A stretch of DNA of 64,000 bases, from contig OX597818.1 of NCBI GenBank assembly GCA_951406725.2, positions 96,782,001-96,846,000 on the forward strand. The letters are read 5' to 3'. A model generated the notes under the pieces. That model ran no database searches, was not told where the DNA came from, and was given only the letters and a program-made list of their open reading frames with translations. The translations under genes and the position numbers were made by a program. Every line of letters begins with the position of its first letter. The stretch's first letter is position 1. The stretch is from Octopus vulgaris. Its lineage: Eukaryota. Positions 24,571 to 36,257 of the stretch are shown here, in pieces.

Positions 24571-25588
24571 GACTACTAGTTACTTAAAGTTTACTGTTGG
24601 CGGCAAGAACTTGACTTCTGTCAACTACTCCACGATTAATTTCTCTAGAGATTACGTAACTTGTAGTGTATTATCACACCGTAATATACAATAACTGTCA
24701 AAGTTTCTCGAAAGTTTTCTTAATATGCAAGCAGTTCACTGCATCAGCATTTGATTAATTATCACATTTTTAACATCAAACGTAATGCTATAGTAATTAC
24801 TGTAAGACAGCTTCAACCTGAACAGAAACCCTACAATGTATCCCTTTGTAAGAAACTCTACTCTAAAACAATTTCTATGTAGTTTCTATGTAGTTTCTCT
24901 TTCATAGGCCGTTTTATGAGCTTTCTGTTATGTGAAATCAGATAAACAGATTTGTAAATTTTTGTATCTTCTACCGAGAGTAAGTAACAGCATAAAGTTG
25001 TGACTTTCTTGTGAATTATGCAGCGACTTCGCTATGATTAAATAAGAGATTTTTATCACATCGGAGAAGGGATGTATGTGGTGGCCATTCGGGTTTGCTT
25101 CTTTATGGTGGTCTTATGTATTAATTGAAGTTAACATTATGTTTGAGAATGTCATGGAAAGGTCAGCTGCTTTATCATTGCCATTATTTTAGTTTACTAG
25201 CTTCAGATATAGGATTGAGGCTATACTAGAATACTCACTTCAAGAGTTTAATCAATGATATTGACTCCAGTACTTATTTCAATCTGGCTTTACGCCGGCA
25301 AACGTAAATACAGACACAAAATACACATACACACAAAACATCAACTACATACAGATACTAAACAAAACAACAGGAGACTAATTAAGGGTATATAATTTAA
25401 ATATTTCTAAGTAATATAGTAATAATTGAAATTAAATTATAATTAAGATTATCAATGGTGAGGAATCAAAAGTAATTCAACAAAATGCTACATAAACTTA
25501 GGTATGACCAGTTGAAATTGTAGTAAATATAAAAAAATTAAAATCATTTATAAGGAAAAAATAAAAGAAAGAAAACTTATATGATACC

Positions 25589-25807
25589 TATTTTTTTACT
25601 AGCCACAAGGGGCTAAACAAGGACAGACAAACGGATTAAGTCGATTACATCGACCCCAGTGCGTAACTGGTACTTAATTTATCGACGCCGAAAGGATGAA
25701 AGGCAAAGACGACCTCGGCGGAATTTGAACTCAGAACGTAACGGCAGACGAAATACGGCTACGCATTTCGCCCGGCATGCTAACGTTTCTGCCAGCTCGC
25801 CGCCTTA
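25589..25807 (-). mobile_element. SINE family B
   Basis: Young copy; TSD-like ATATGATACC on both sides. Confidence 0.85.
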
Positions 25808-26144
25808 AAGAACACATATATGATACCGAATGACAATCCCGTTTATCACGAGTAGTTATGGCAGTGACGATTAAAAGAGAGTTATTTGTTCAAAGAGTTG
25901 TAATTACATTCACAAATTTCAAAGTCAACTGTCGAATCTCAGGTTGTGTCTTCGATGTACATCCTTTGAAAATTCACGGTATAGTCATTCAGTTACTTAA
26001 AGGTGTATAATTAATTTATTTGAATGGTAACACACTCTACAACATGTTGGTGTAATTTCTCTTTTCAAGAAACACAATATTCTTTCACAGGTTTAACTGA
26101 GAAAGTTTCCGGGTATAAGAACTAGTTCCAACGTTTGAAAAAAT

Positions 26145-27078
26145 GTCCAACTTGTAAAATTTTAATTGGTTTGACACATAGGTACACCTCGCAGTACTTA
26201 ATCAATTGTAATTGAAACATGTAATGGGAGACGTTAGAAAGAATGTACAACCTGTAAAATGTAAATGGGTTTGATACATAAGTACGCCTCGTAGTACTTA
26301 ATCAATTGAAACATGTAATGAGATATTTCGTTCAGTCAATTGCATATCACCGACCCAATCAGTTTTTTACTACCAAAGCCTTGAAGAAGGGGCAGTGGGC
26401 ATGGTCTCTGCAGTTTGCTCTCCAGACAAAGGAGATTTATTCTATTATTGTTTCTGTGGAGCATTCGTAAGTCATAACTAGTGGGTAAGACATGAATAAG
26501 GGCGAAATATCAGAGGACAACGTTCTGTGATGAATGGATTAGGTGTAGTGATTTGTGTTGAATCTAATTTGAATTTTCATGTATGAAAGCAAGAAAAAAA
26601 TTTTCCGTCCGTCTTATTCAAAACATTGACTATCAGGTTCTATATCTTAAGCTTCTCAACGAAGGTTGCCGTTACTACCACGACTATTATATGCTTGCAC
26701 CTTTTGAGGCTTCGCTCTAGCTAATAGAACCGAACAATGCCTTGTGAGTAAATTTAATATTCAGGAAATATGTGGAATCTCGTCGAATATGAGTATGTTT
26801 GTATGTGCATGGCTTTGTGTTTATGTTTACACCTGATACAGTTTGACAACCAGTTTTTGGTCTGTTTATTTACATCCTCGTAAAGAGAGGAGCGATGTTC
26901 TGTGACGAAAGAATTAGTTGTAGTGATTTGCGCTAGCCTTAATTTGAATGCTTTGAAATAAAACAAGAAGAAAATGCTTCTTCCTTCCTATTCGAAACAT
27001 TGACCGTCAAGCTCATTATCTTAAGCTTCTCGGCCGCACATACGTTTCAGTTACTATCATGACCATTATATGCTTCCA
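26145..27078 (+). repeat. two diverged direct duplications (~90 bp and ~180 bp)
   Basis: 26147-26235 resembles 26247-26327; 26521-26697 resembles 26896-27076. Confidence 0.75.
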
Positions 27079-28398
27079 ACAGATCAATCCATCATGTGTG
27101 AGGGAGAACTGGTGAGGGCATCTTTCATGCGACATGTTTTTCTGCAACTCGTCTTCGTGCCCTAGCTACAATCATAGTTCAGGCGGAGAACGAGATTGGA
27201 CATTTAGCATCTAGAATGTTGTCAGGTACTCACCGTTGCACATCTCCCAGGCAAGCACATTGGCATGAAAGTAACTCTCAATTTTTGAAGAAGGCTATTT
27301 GAGTGTGTGAGCGACGATGGCCAGGATTGACTATGGGCATCGACTAGAACAGTCTATGTATTCTCTACTTGAGGTCTTTCATGTTGGTGACTATGGACGA
27401 CTTCCAAAAGTCCTTTACGTGGCAATACTACTCAGGGAGAATATTAAACCCCTTAGACACCTTACAGGACGAAAAACAAAGCCTGTCAAAGAGTGGATGA
27501 ACTCAGGAGAGTCAATAGCCATCCAAATAGTATAACTATAACGCTTTTATTGTTAGTGATGTTGCTATTCTTATTATCACCATTTATCCTGGAACCCTGT
27601 CCTAGCGGCTCATGGTGGTAGCATTTAAAATACATATCTAGAGACCATAAAAACCCAATTACATCTTTGTGGTATTATTTTAATGCAGCCAGTAACTCAA
27701 GCATTTCCTAAGACGAGCCTGCATGAGAGCCTTTATGTGGCCTCAGGACCTACTAGAAGTGGCAGGGTACATTATCTTACATAACCCATCAGATAAATTT
27801 ATCTGATGGGTCTTACATATTCCTAAAAGAAGACGAGCTAGCTGAAATACCTTTGATTATAGATCTGCTGTATCAGGGTTAAAATAGAGTTAAACAACAA
27901 CATCTAAGTATACAGCATACTAATCAATGCCCGCACATGTTAACATCTTTATACATTGGCTATAGATCATTCATTCAACGAAAAACGGAAGGACCATATC
28001 ATGGAAAATAGTGAGAGAGAAAAAAAATTTAAGTCTCTGATACAAACCCTATAAAATCCTACAACTCTCCAATATCTAAAAAAAAAAAGCAGGATACAAG
28101 CACGGCTGTGTGGTTAAAAAGTTTGCTTTACAACCACGTGGTTACTGGATCGAACCCTCGCGTGATTTGAGTGTCTTCTCCTATACCAATGCCTTCTACG
28201 TGAAATTTGGTCGACAGAAACTGAGCGGAGGCCCGTTGGATGCAGACTAAGAAGATACATAGGAAAAATCAGGGAATGAATTGTTACATTCTAGGGCGTC
28301 TTTTAGACATCGTTTCGATTCTGCCCAAAGTCTTGAAATTGTATTTATTTCAAATACTGTTGATAACTCATATAGATTTTGGCTACAGTGGGGATGTA

Positions 28399-28623
28399 TT
28401 GGGTTGTCCGGAAAGTTCTTTCCGATTTTTAAAGGAAAGAAAAAGGTCAATAAATACTTGCCATTACATTCTTAATCAACAAAATATGTACCATTTTGTT
28501 GCACAATATGTCTCCATCTTTCCTTTAACTTGAAAATACCCTCTTCCCAGAATTGAGGTGCCTGGAAGGGTAAGTCGAAGGGTAAGATACTATAAATCGG
28601 CACGAACTTTCCGGACAAGCCAA
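28399..28623 (-). mobile_element. internally deleted mariner (MITE)
   Basis: TIR TTGGGTTGTCCGGAAAGTTC with one mismatch, TA TSDs; minus strand retains RWRHIVQQNGTYFVD*. Confidence 0.85.
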
Positions 28624-29694
28624 TAATTTTTCATTATTATGAGTAAAATTAGTTACTGGTAAGGAAGAACAGAATCGTGATAATTGATGAGTTGCAATTT
28701 CGTAAGACTAGAAAAGATTAATTGTTAAGAGACTCTTGTTGTAAATTCGAATTATTTTAGGTGGAATGAAATCACTTAGCCGATATACGAGAGTTTGAAC
28801 AGCTGCACTTTTTTTCAAATGAAAACCCAAGTTCCTATCAGGATCACTATTGGTCAAAATAGCTTTACTATTTTACCATTATATTACCCCACGGTAAAAA
28901 CAAAATAACAGATACATGTGCACACATGTACCGCCAAGGTTTTTTCTAAATTACTACAAAACTATGCAATTGTTCTGCTCTTGTTGAAGGGACAGTTTGA
29001 TTATGCTACAATATTTAGGTTTGTTACGTTATGCTTTTAAGGGAAAAATGTAGTCGCCTTACTAATTTATGAAGCTTTTGATCACCTACAACATTGTGAT
29101 GGTTTTTAAACGAAAAAGATGTTGGTGAATCAGTTTTTGTAATTACTATTTTTCCAGAAGTTTCCCAGGAGTGAAAAAAAATAACAGATATGAGCGGTTA
29201 ATTTTACCTCCATATATCTATAAATCATTACGTGACTTTATAAAATTACTTTGCTCTTGTAGAGAGAGTAAGCTACAATATTTAATGTATTTATCGTATA
29301 TAAGTTGCACCCTTAATTTAATGTTTAATCTCGGCAGACGATTTTTTTCAATTTTCTTTATTTGCTTTCATAATTTTAGCTTTGCTCTATGTATTAGTCG
29401 CACCCCAGTTTTTTCGGTTAAAATCAAGTATAAAATTATAAACAAACTACAAAATTATACGCGAATTATACACAATTAAATATGGTAAATCTTGTTATAT
29501 TGTGCTTCTTTAATCAGCAGAGACATTGACAAATAGCAACTTGCTAAAAAAAAAAGGAAAACATATCACCATTTCCATTTAGTTTTTATTATCAGTGATC
29601 TATCGCATATTTCATTCTCAATAACATTTTCGCAAAATATATGTAACCGTAATGTCAAGATAGCAATCCGGTAAGTTATTTGAAACTGAAAAAA

Positions 29695-29848
29695 ATCACC
29701 ATGATCACCACTAATATCATGGTGATGGTGATCATGATCATCATCAAGATCATCATTATGATCATCATCATTATGATCATCATGATCATCATCATGATGA
29801 TCTTCATCATCATGATCATCATCATCGTAATTATTATTACTATCATTA
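29695..29848. repeat. (ATC/ATG)n cryptic trinucleotide repeat
   Basis: Direct reading. Confidence 0.85.
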
Positions 29849-29850
29849 CC

Positions 29851-30054
29851 GGTGGCGAGATGGGAGTATCGTTAGCGTGCTAGACAAAATGCTAGGCAGC
29901 ATTTCATCCTACATTACGTTCTGAGTTCAAATTCTGCCAAGTTCGATTTTGCCTTTCATCCATTCGGGGTCGATAAAAAGAGTACCTGTTGAGTACTGGG
30001 GTCGATGTAGTCCCCTCCTCCAAAATTTCAGGCCTTTTGTCTTTAGTAGAAAGA

Positions 30055-30055
<1 letters not shown>
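29851..30055 (+). mobile_element. SINE family B
   Basis: Family match. Confidence 0.8.
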
Positions 30056-30096
<41 letters not shown>

Positions 30097-30100
<4 letters not shown>

Positions 30101-30272
30101 CCCTGATGCAGTAATGCCCTGATGCAGTAATGCCCTGATGCAGTAATGCCCTGATGCAGTAATGCCCTGATGCAGTAATGCCCTGATGCAGTAATGCCCT
30201 GATGCAGTAATGCCCTGATGCAGTAATGCCCTGATGCAGTAATGCCCTGATGCAGTAATGCCCTGATGCAGT
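30097..30272 (+). repeat. 11 perfect tandem copies of AATGCCCTGATGCAGT
   Basis: 176 bp = 11 x 16. Confidence 0.97.
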
Positions 30273-30792
30273 ACCAGGCAGTGGCTCTCATGGCTTCTGA
30301 TCTTAACTGATTGAAAGTGTTATCATGTACATTGTTTTGTCTTGGTATAAAAGTTGGGCTACAGCAAATATTCTGCTGAATACCACAGATTTGCTTGTCA
30401 GTTGTTTGACCGTAACCAGTTGAGCATCTCCTTTAGTGGCTGACGATGTGTGCATCTCTGATCCCGAGCAGCCATGTGTTGAGAGGGATTCTTTGGGGTT
30501 TGAATAATTCACCTCTGGAAACATGGGTGTTTCGTTCAACATCCTTAAGCAAACCTTATTCAGGGACCTTTTGAGCGGGATCGGTTAATCGACCAGAATA
30601 AAATTCTAACTGGGGCCCTACCTGCAAGGTCATGTGCTGTTTATCTTGATATGAGATCACCATGTCGTGCACATATGGTTGTGATGCATGTCCCTAGTGT
30701 ATCCTTATCGGACGGGTAGTCATGATGGGTATACTGGGCTTCGTATATTTTGCCTCAGTGTCACTTTGATGGCATGCACTGCTCTCTTACCC

Positions 30793-30826
<34 letters not shown>

Positions 30827-30828
30827 GT
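30257..30828 (+). mobile_element. non-coding retroposon flanked by (TAA)n
   Basis: Homolog of 2535-3032; (AAT)n on both sides. Confidence 0.85.
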
Positions 30829-30959
30829 AATGTTTTTGTTCTTGTTCTTGTTCGTCTATCGACACGCATTCCATATCGCTCCCGTAAGTTTATTGTTATT
30901 TGTATTGTAACACAAAAAAGTTATATATTGAACTTTTATTATCCGTATATAGATAAATA

Positions 30960-31880
30960 ACCAGGATCTTAAGAAGTTGGTTATTCTTTCTCCATTTGTA
31001 GCCCTTGGGGGCTCATTTGGGGATTGTTTAGCAAAGACACATCTCAATTTTTGCTTAAAAAAGGATCGTTCGTCCGATGAAAAGAACAGCTAGGTATCCG
31101 CAGAACAGAACAGCCAAATTGAAAAAGTCAGTAACAGTCGTAGTATCAGCAGCTGCAGTAGAAAGAGCTACAACAACAATATACTACGTGAAATGTGTAA
31201 GTAACTTTCTGATGCTAAAAATCTCAGAACAACCATTACAGGAACAACAATAGCGATCAATGACCACAAAAAGCAACAACACTAGCGAGAATATTTCCAC
31301 CTCCACCACCACCGCCAGTGGCAACAGCAAACCACCAACAACAACAACATCATTAACGAAAAAACAAGAACAAGAAAAAAGAATCATGCAAATCCGTTGT
31401 GAGGGGTTTTGCCGACGCGAAGCGACAAGTAAGTTAAAACATTTTTATAAACGAAAATTAACTTAAAAGTGCAAAATGTATGTTGGAGAAATGTAAGAGA
31501 AATGTGGCTCTGAATGTACCTAGATCTATCCACCAAGAAACCAATTTGCAGATAGTTCTATATAAAAGAATTGAAATAAAAAGAAAAGTAGAGCAGCAGA
31601 TTGAAAAATGTTTACGACCAATTTGGAAGAGCGAAACCTATATAGCCATGGGGAAAAATCTGGGACTGTCGAAATGAGGGTCGCCTCAAAGGAGGAAGCC
31701 AAAAATCACTCAACAGTCACCCTAACGAATGACGAACTCGTCCTGATCCCCATTTATCTTATTCGAAGGGTATTCAAAGTAAGAATACTAAACGTACCAC
31801 CAGAAATCAACATCTGCTGGTTAGTGGCTGTGTTTCCTTTCGACATAGATGAGAAAACCAATATTCTACAAATAGAGGCA
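30960..31880 (+). mobile_element. Tx1-like LINE ORF1 fragment
   Basis: GTVEMRVASKEEAKNHSTVTLTNDELVLIPIYLIRRVFKVRILNVPPEI aligns by eye with VRFASEEKPRGHSVSPLKTEDVVLLPTYRGRRTSRVKVTEVPPEV at 38775. Confidence 0.65.
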
Positions 31881-32002
31881 TTGTACTTATCTTGTACCTA
31901 TACCTATAGGTACCTATCTTGTACCTTGTACCTATAGGCTTTGTACGTATAGTAGAAAGGATTATTTAAGTATATTATTAAGTCGGTATGTTATGAAAGA
32001 GT

Positions 32003-35000
32003 CTAATCAGTGCGATGAACTTTGTATGGACAGTCCGGCTTCGTTAGAATTGTCCTCGAAACTTTGGTCAGCTCAATAAACTCGGAATACAGATCTGTCT
32101 CTTGTTCAATACACTTCTCCTTGACTTGACCCACGGCAAACACCATGTCTATAGTGCCGCAGCCAGGACTGAAACCACATTGGGCTTCAGGAAAGTTACT
32201 CTCTGAGACGCTGGTGTTCAGCCTGTTGAAGAGGGTACGGACAGGATTTCTCCAGCAATGGAGTACAAGGAAATGCCCTTGTAGTTTCTGAAGTCTGATT
32301 TGACTCCTTTGCTCTTGTAAAGAGTAATTACAGTAGCGTCGGGGAAGTCTGCTGGCATACACTCTTTCCGCTCAAATGGATACAAGGATGTCATGGAATG
32401 CATTGAAAGCCGTGGTACCAAGCGCCTTGTACAGTTCTGCAGGAATTTCATTTGCTCCCGGAACTTTTAGCCCTAGTTGATTTCTTTTATGGTAGTTTTG
32501 ACCTCATCTACACTAGGCAGCAGGTCAAAGTCCTGAGTAAAGGCTTCTGAGACATTTGCTCCAATCCTTCTTAGGCGACATTGGGTAGCCGGTTTAGGAG
32601 TTTGTTGAAGTGCTTCTCCTGTCTTACTCTGACTTCTCCTTAATCTTTGATGATTGTTGAGCCATCAGCAAACGTCAAGGGTACTGTTCTACTTCTGAAA
32701 GGGCCGTAGATGGTCTTGATGGCACTGTACAGCATCTTGGATTTGTTAGTGTCGGCGTAGAGCTTCACTTCTTCAGCTTTCTATTCCCATCATCTGTCAT
32801 GCATGCTGCGAAGCTCCCTCTGGGCTCTGATTTAACAGTGTCTATATCTGTCGCGCTGTGAGGAACAGTTTGGGTGGTTCTGCCAATCAGTGTAGGCCTT
32901 TCTCTTATCATCCAACAGTGCCCGCACTGTAGATAGGTGCAAGATGTTTGAAATCCTTAAGCTCTATGGGATACCAGACAAAATTATTTCTGCCATCAAG
33001 GTCCTCTACACAGATACGTCTTCAACCATCTTAACCCCTGATGGAGAAACATCATCTTTCTCGATCGAGGCCGGAATACTGCAGGGAGACACACTCGCCC
33101 CATTTCTTTTCATCATTGTTGTTGATTATGTGCTACGTATGTCAGTTGATACCATCTCTGGCAAGGGCTTTGAAATAAAACCAAGAAGAAGTTCCAGACA
33201 CCCAGCTGAGTACTTGACAGACACTGACTTTGCTGACGACATCGCTCTTATCAGTGATTCTCTCTCCAATGCCCAGTCTCTTTTACAATCTCTTGAACAA
33301 GCCTCAAATTGTGTAGGTCTTTACCTTAATGAGACCAAAACTGAATACATAAACAAGTGCCTGTCCAACAGTGATTGCATCATCCACACTCTCAACAGTG
33401 CACCTTTAAATATGGTTTCTGATTATAAATATCTTGGGTCATACATATCATCATCTGGAAAAGACTTTCTAACTAGAAAGGGTATGGCCTGGTCAGCCTG
33501 TAATGACATGCATAAGATCTGGTCATCAAATCTAAGTAGAGACTTCAAACTTGAAATATTCAAAGCCACAGTCGAACCAATCCTACTATATGGCTCAGAA
33601 ACCTGGACGTTATCAAAGAAGCTTGAGAGGCGGTTGGATGGAACCTACACTCGCCTCCTTATGAGAGCTCAAAATCTCTCGTGGAGGCGCCATCCAACTA
33701 AAATGCAAATATATGGGAAATTACCACCTGTGTCATCTCTTGTGAAGGGTAGGAGAGTCCAGTTTGCTGGACATTGTTGTAGAGCTGAAAAATAAGTAAT
33801 TTCTACTCTTCTCCTCTGGAAGCCATCTACTCGCAACACCAGAGGGCGCACACTCTCCTACCCTGATGTAATCTCCAGGGATACAGGCATCCAGCAACAG
33901 GACCTCCGTAATGCTATGATGGACCGTGAAGTCTGGCGCAACATGGTAAATTCCATTGTCTCGACCACGGTCGAACAATGATGATGAATGATGCACTGCC
34001 TTATCGTTGCCATCAAACCAGTCTCTGTGACGACTTCTCTGAACTGGTTTTATTTTTCTTCTGGTTCACCAGTTGGTAATCCTATCGTCTCGAACTTGTC
34101 ATCAAGGTTGGACTGGAACTCCTACTAGTATTTGGCTGAAAGGGGTCTGGCTATGTTGAAGGCCTGTCTAATGAGCTTTAGGCGCTTGTGGTGCTGAGGA
34201 ACTATGCGGTGGTTAACTTGGCTTTTATGAGTCTGTGATCCGTCCAGTATTCCACTCCACGCACCGACCTGGTGACGAGGACATCACTCTGCTGTCACAT
34301 TGGCGGGTGATAGTATAACCAATGAGATGTCACTGTTTTGAACGCGATTGCATCCATGATATCTTATACTTATCAGCCTGTCGCAAGATGGTATTAATAA
34401 CCAGCAGATTGCTGCCCGGCGCATTTTCTCAGCAAAAGAAGACTATTGCTATTCAACTCCCCAACTCCATGCTTCCCTATAACTCCTCTCCGCCATTCCT
34501 GCCAACTCTGGTGTTGAAGTCGCCTAGTATTATAAGCTTGACGGTAGCAGGCGTGTCACGTAGCAAGTGTTCATGTCGATATAGAACTGCTCTCTGATCT
34601 CTTCTGTGCATGTCATTCTAGGGGCGTACGCGCTCATGATGGTGATGAAGCATTTGTCGTCGACAGGGAGGCAAAGTTTCATAAACCTTTCATTTCCACC
34701 AGTGGGGAGGCTGGGACTCTATTTTAGGTGACTGGACTTTATGATGAATCTGTGTATTCTACCTTCATGTATGGCCTTGCCTTTCCAGAAGAAAGTGTCG
34801 CCGCTGCCTGATTCTATCAGCGACCCTTCCTCAACCAATTAACTGATTGTTGCTATGTCGATAGCATATCTTGACAATTCTTTGGCAATGAGAGCTATTC
34901 TTCTCAGAGGTCTGGAGACGTTGTCTTGATCCCTGAGGGTACTATGTTCCATATACCAATGATTAAGTTCTTCTTTGTCAGTCTGAATCGACTGCAAAAT

Positions 35001-35545
35001 GGTAAGTCTGTCAGTCGCGGTTTAGGGCAAGCTTTCTTTAGGCCACGTTTTCTAGACTGCTTCCTTACGAGGGTGAGCAGTGCTGCCCCAAAAAGGCTGC
35101 TCAATTACCTGGGATGCTGCTGAAATTCTCCTAAGTCCAATACAAAGAAAAGCGACCGCTGATCTGCAGGCTACGTGCAGACTTGTGACTAGTACTTCTA
35201 GTGGTTACTACTACCTGTCCCTCTCGCCACTCCCCTGTCACTGCAGAACTTGAGGTTGACAGTTCTGGAAGGCTGAGAAGCACAGGCACCCTTGCGTGTA
35301 GTTGTTTTAAGTGGGATAGCCGTTGTACAAGGACACTCGCACTCTCTCGGCAGAAAGAACCTTGACCTAGTGGAACGAAAAACCGTTACGGCTAGAGACC
35401 CTTCTTGCTGCTGTAGATGACCAGGACTCCATAGTATCTCGTCGTGCTCTAGGCGTTCCACAACGTCTGATGGTACTGCTTTTCTAACCGCTGGACTACA
35501 CTGGCGCTCTCCTCATCCCAGTACGGCAGAACCGGTCTCACTAAA
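32003..35545 (-). mobile_element. RTE (BovB-like) LINE, 3'-truncated, interrupted by a nested LINE
   Basis: APE motif IIGIWNI...IAKELSRYAIDIA; WFDGNDKAVRALLDDKRKA is restored after removing the insert; RT motifs NYKGISL and PEAQCGFSPGCGTIDMVF. Confidence 0.88.
32930..33992 (+). mobile_element. young 5'-truncated RTE-clade LINE (RT C-terminal half)
   Basis: 283-aa ORF with GILQGDTLAPFLF, DFADDIAL, YKYLGS and LLYGSETW; (ATG)n tail; 6-bp TSD GCACTG (32924-32929 / 33993-33998). Confidence 0.92.
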
Positions 35546-35553
35546 GATTTGAA

Positions 35554-35632
35554 ACATACATACTCGCATACGTACATGCGTACGTACGTACGTACATACA
35601 TACATACATACATATATACATACATACATACA

Positions 35633-35668
<36 letters not shown>

Positions 35669-35708
35669 TACATACATACATGCATGCATGCATGCATACA
35701 TACATACA

Positions 35709-35744
<36 letters not shown>

Positions 35745-35966
35745 TATACATACATACATGCATGCATGCATGCATGCATACATACATACATACATACATA
35801 CATACATACATACATACATACATACATACATACATACAACGGGCTTCTTTCAGACTCCATCTACCAAATCCACTCATGAGGCTTTGGTCGGCCCGCAGCT
35901 ATAGTAGAAGATATTTACCCAAGATACGACGCTATGAGACTGAACCCGCAACCATGTGGTTGAGAT
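35554..35966 (-). repeat. (TACA/TGCA)n tract plus SINE A head
   Basis: Microsatellite 35554-35837 adjoining the minus-strand SINE A 5' half. Confidence 0.85.
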
Positions 35967-36220
35967 AACGTCAAAAACAAACAAACGTCCATATATCCTT
36001 TATTAAACTGTTTTGAAAAAAAATTTTTTTTTTGAAATCTCTAAAACGATAATAATGCTAAAATGGATTTAAACCGGCGTTTCTCAAAGCAGAGTGAAAC
36101 AATATTTTGGTTGAACGCAGGTTACTTTAGAATAAAGATATAATAAGTGAATAAACTTGCAATAAAGTTTTAAATGAAATTTTACTGGCAAATATGTAGG
36201 TATGTATGTATATATGTATA

Positions 36221-36257
36221 GGCGCAGCGTGATTCTGTGCTAAGAAGCTTGCTTCCC
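36221..36257 (+). mobile_element. SINE A 5' end (continues at 42090)
   Basis: GGCGCAGCGTGATTCTGTGCTAAGAAGCTTGCTTCCC matches the SINE A head (compare 22805-22841). Confidence 0.75.

Noticed and set aside
30097-30272. CRISPR-like array
   Set aside because: Repeats are contiguous with no spacers; eukaryotic context; no cas genes
35100-35545. HDV-like ribozyme at the RTE 5' end
   Set aside because: Could not build the nested double pseudoknot by eye
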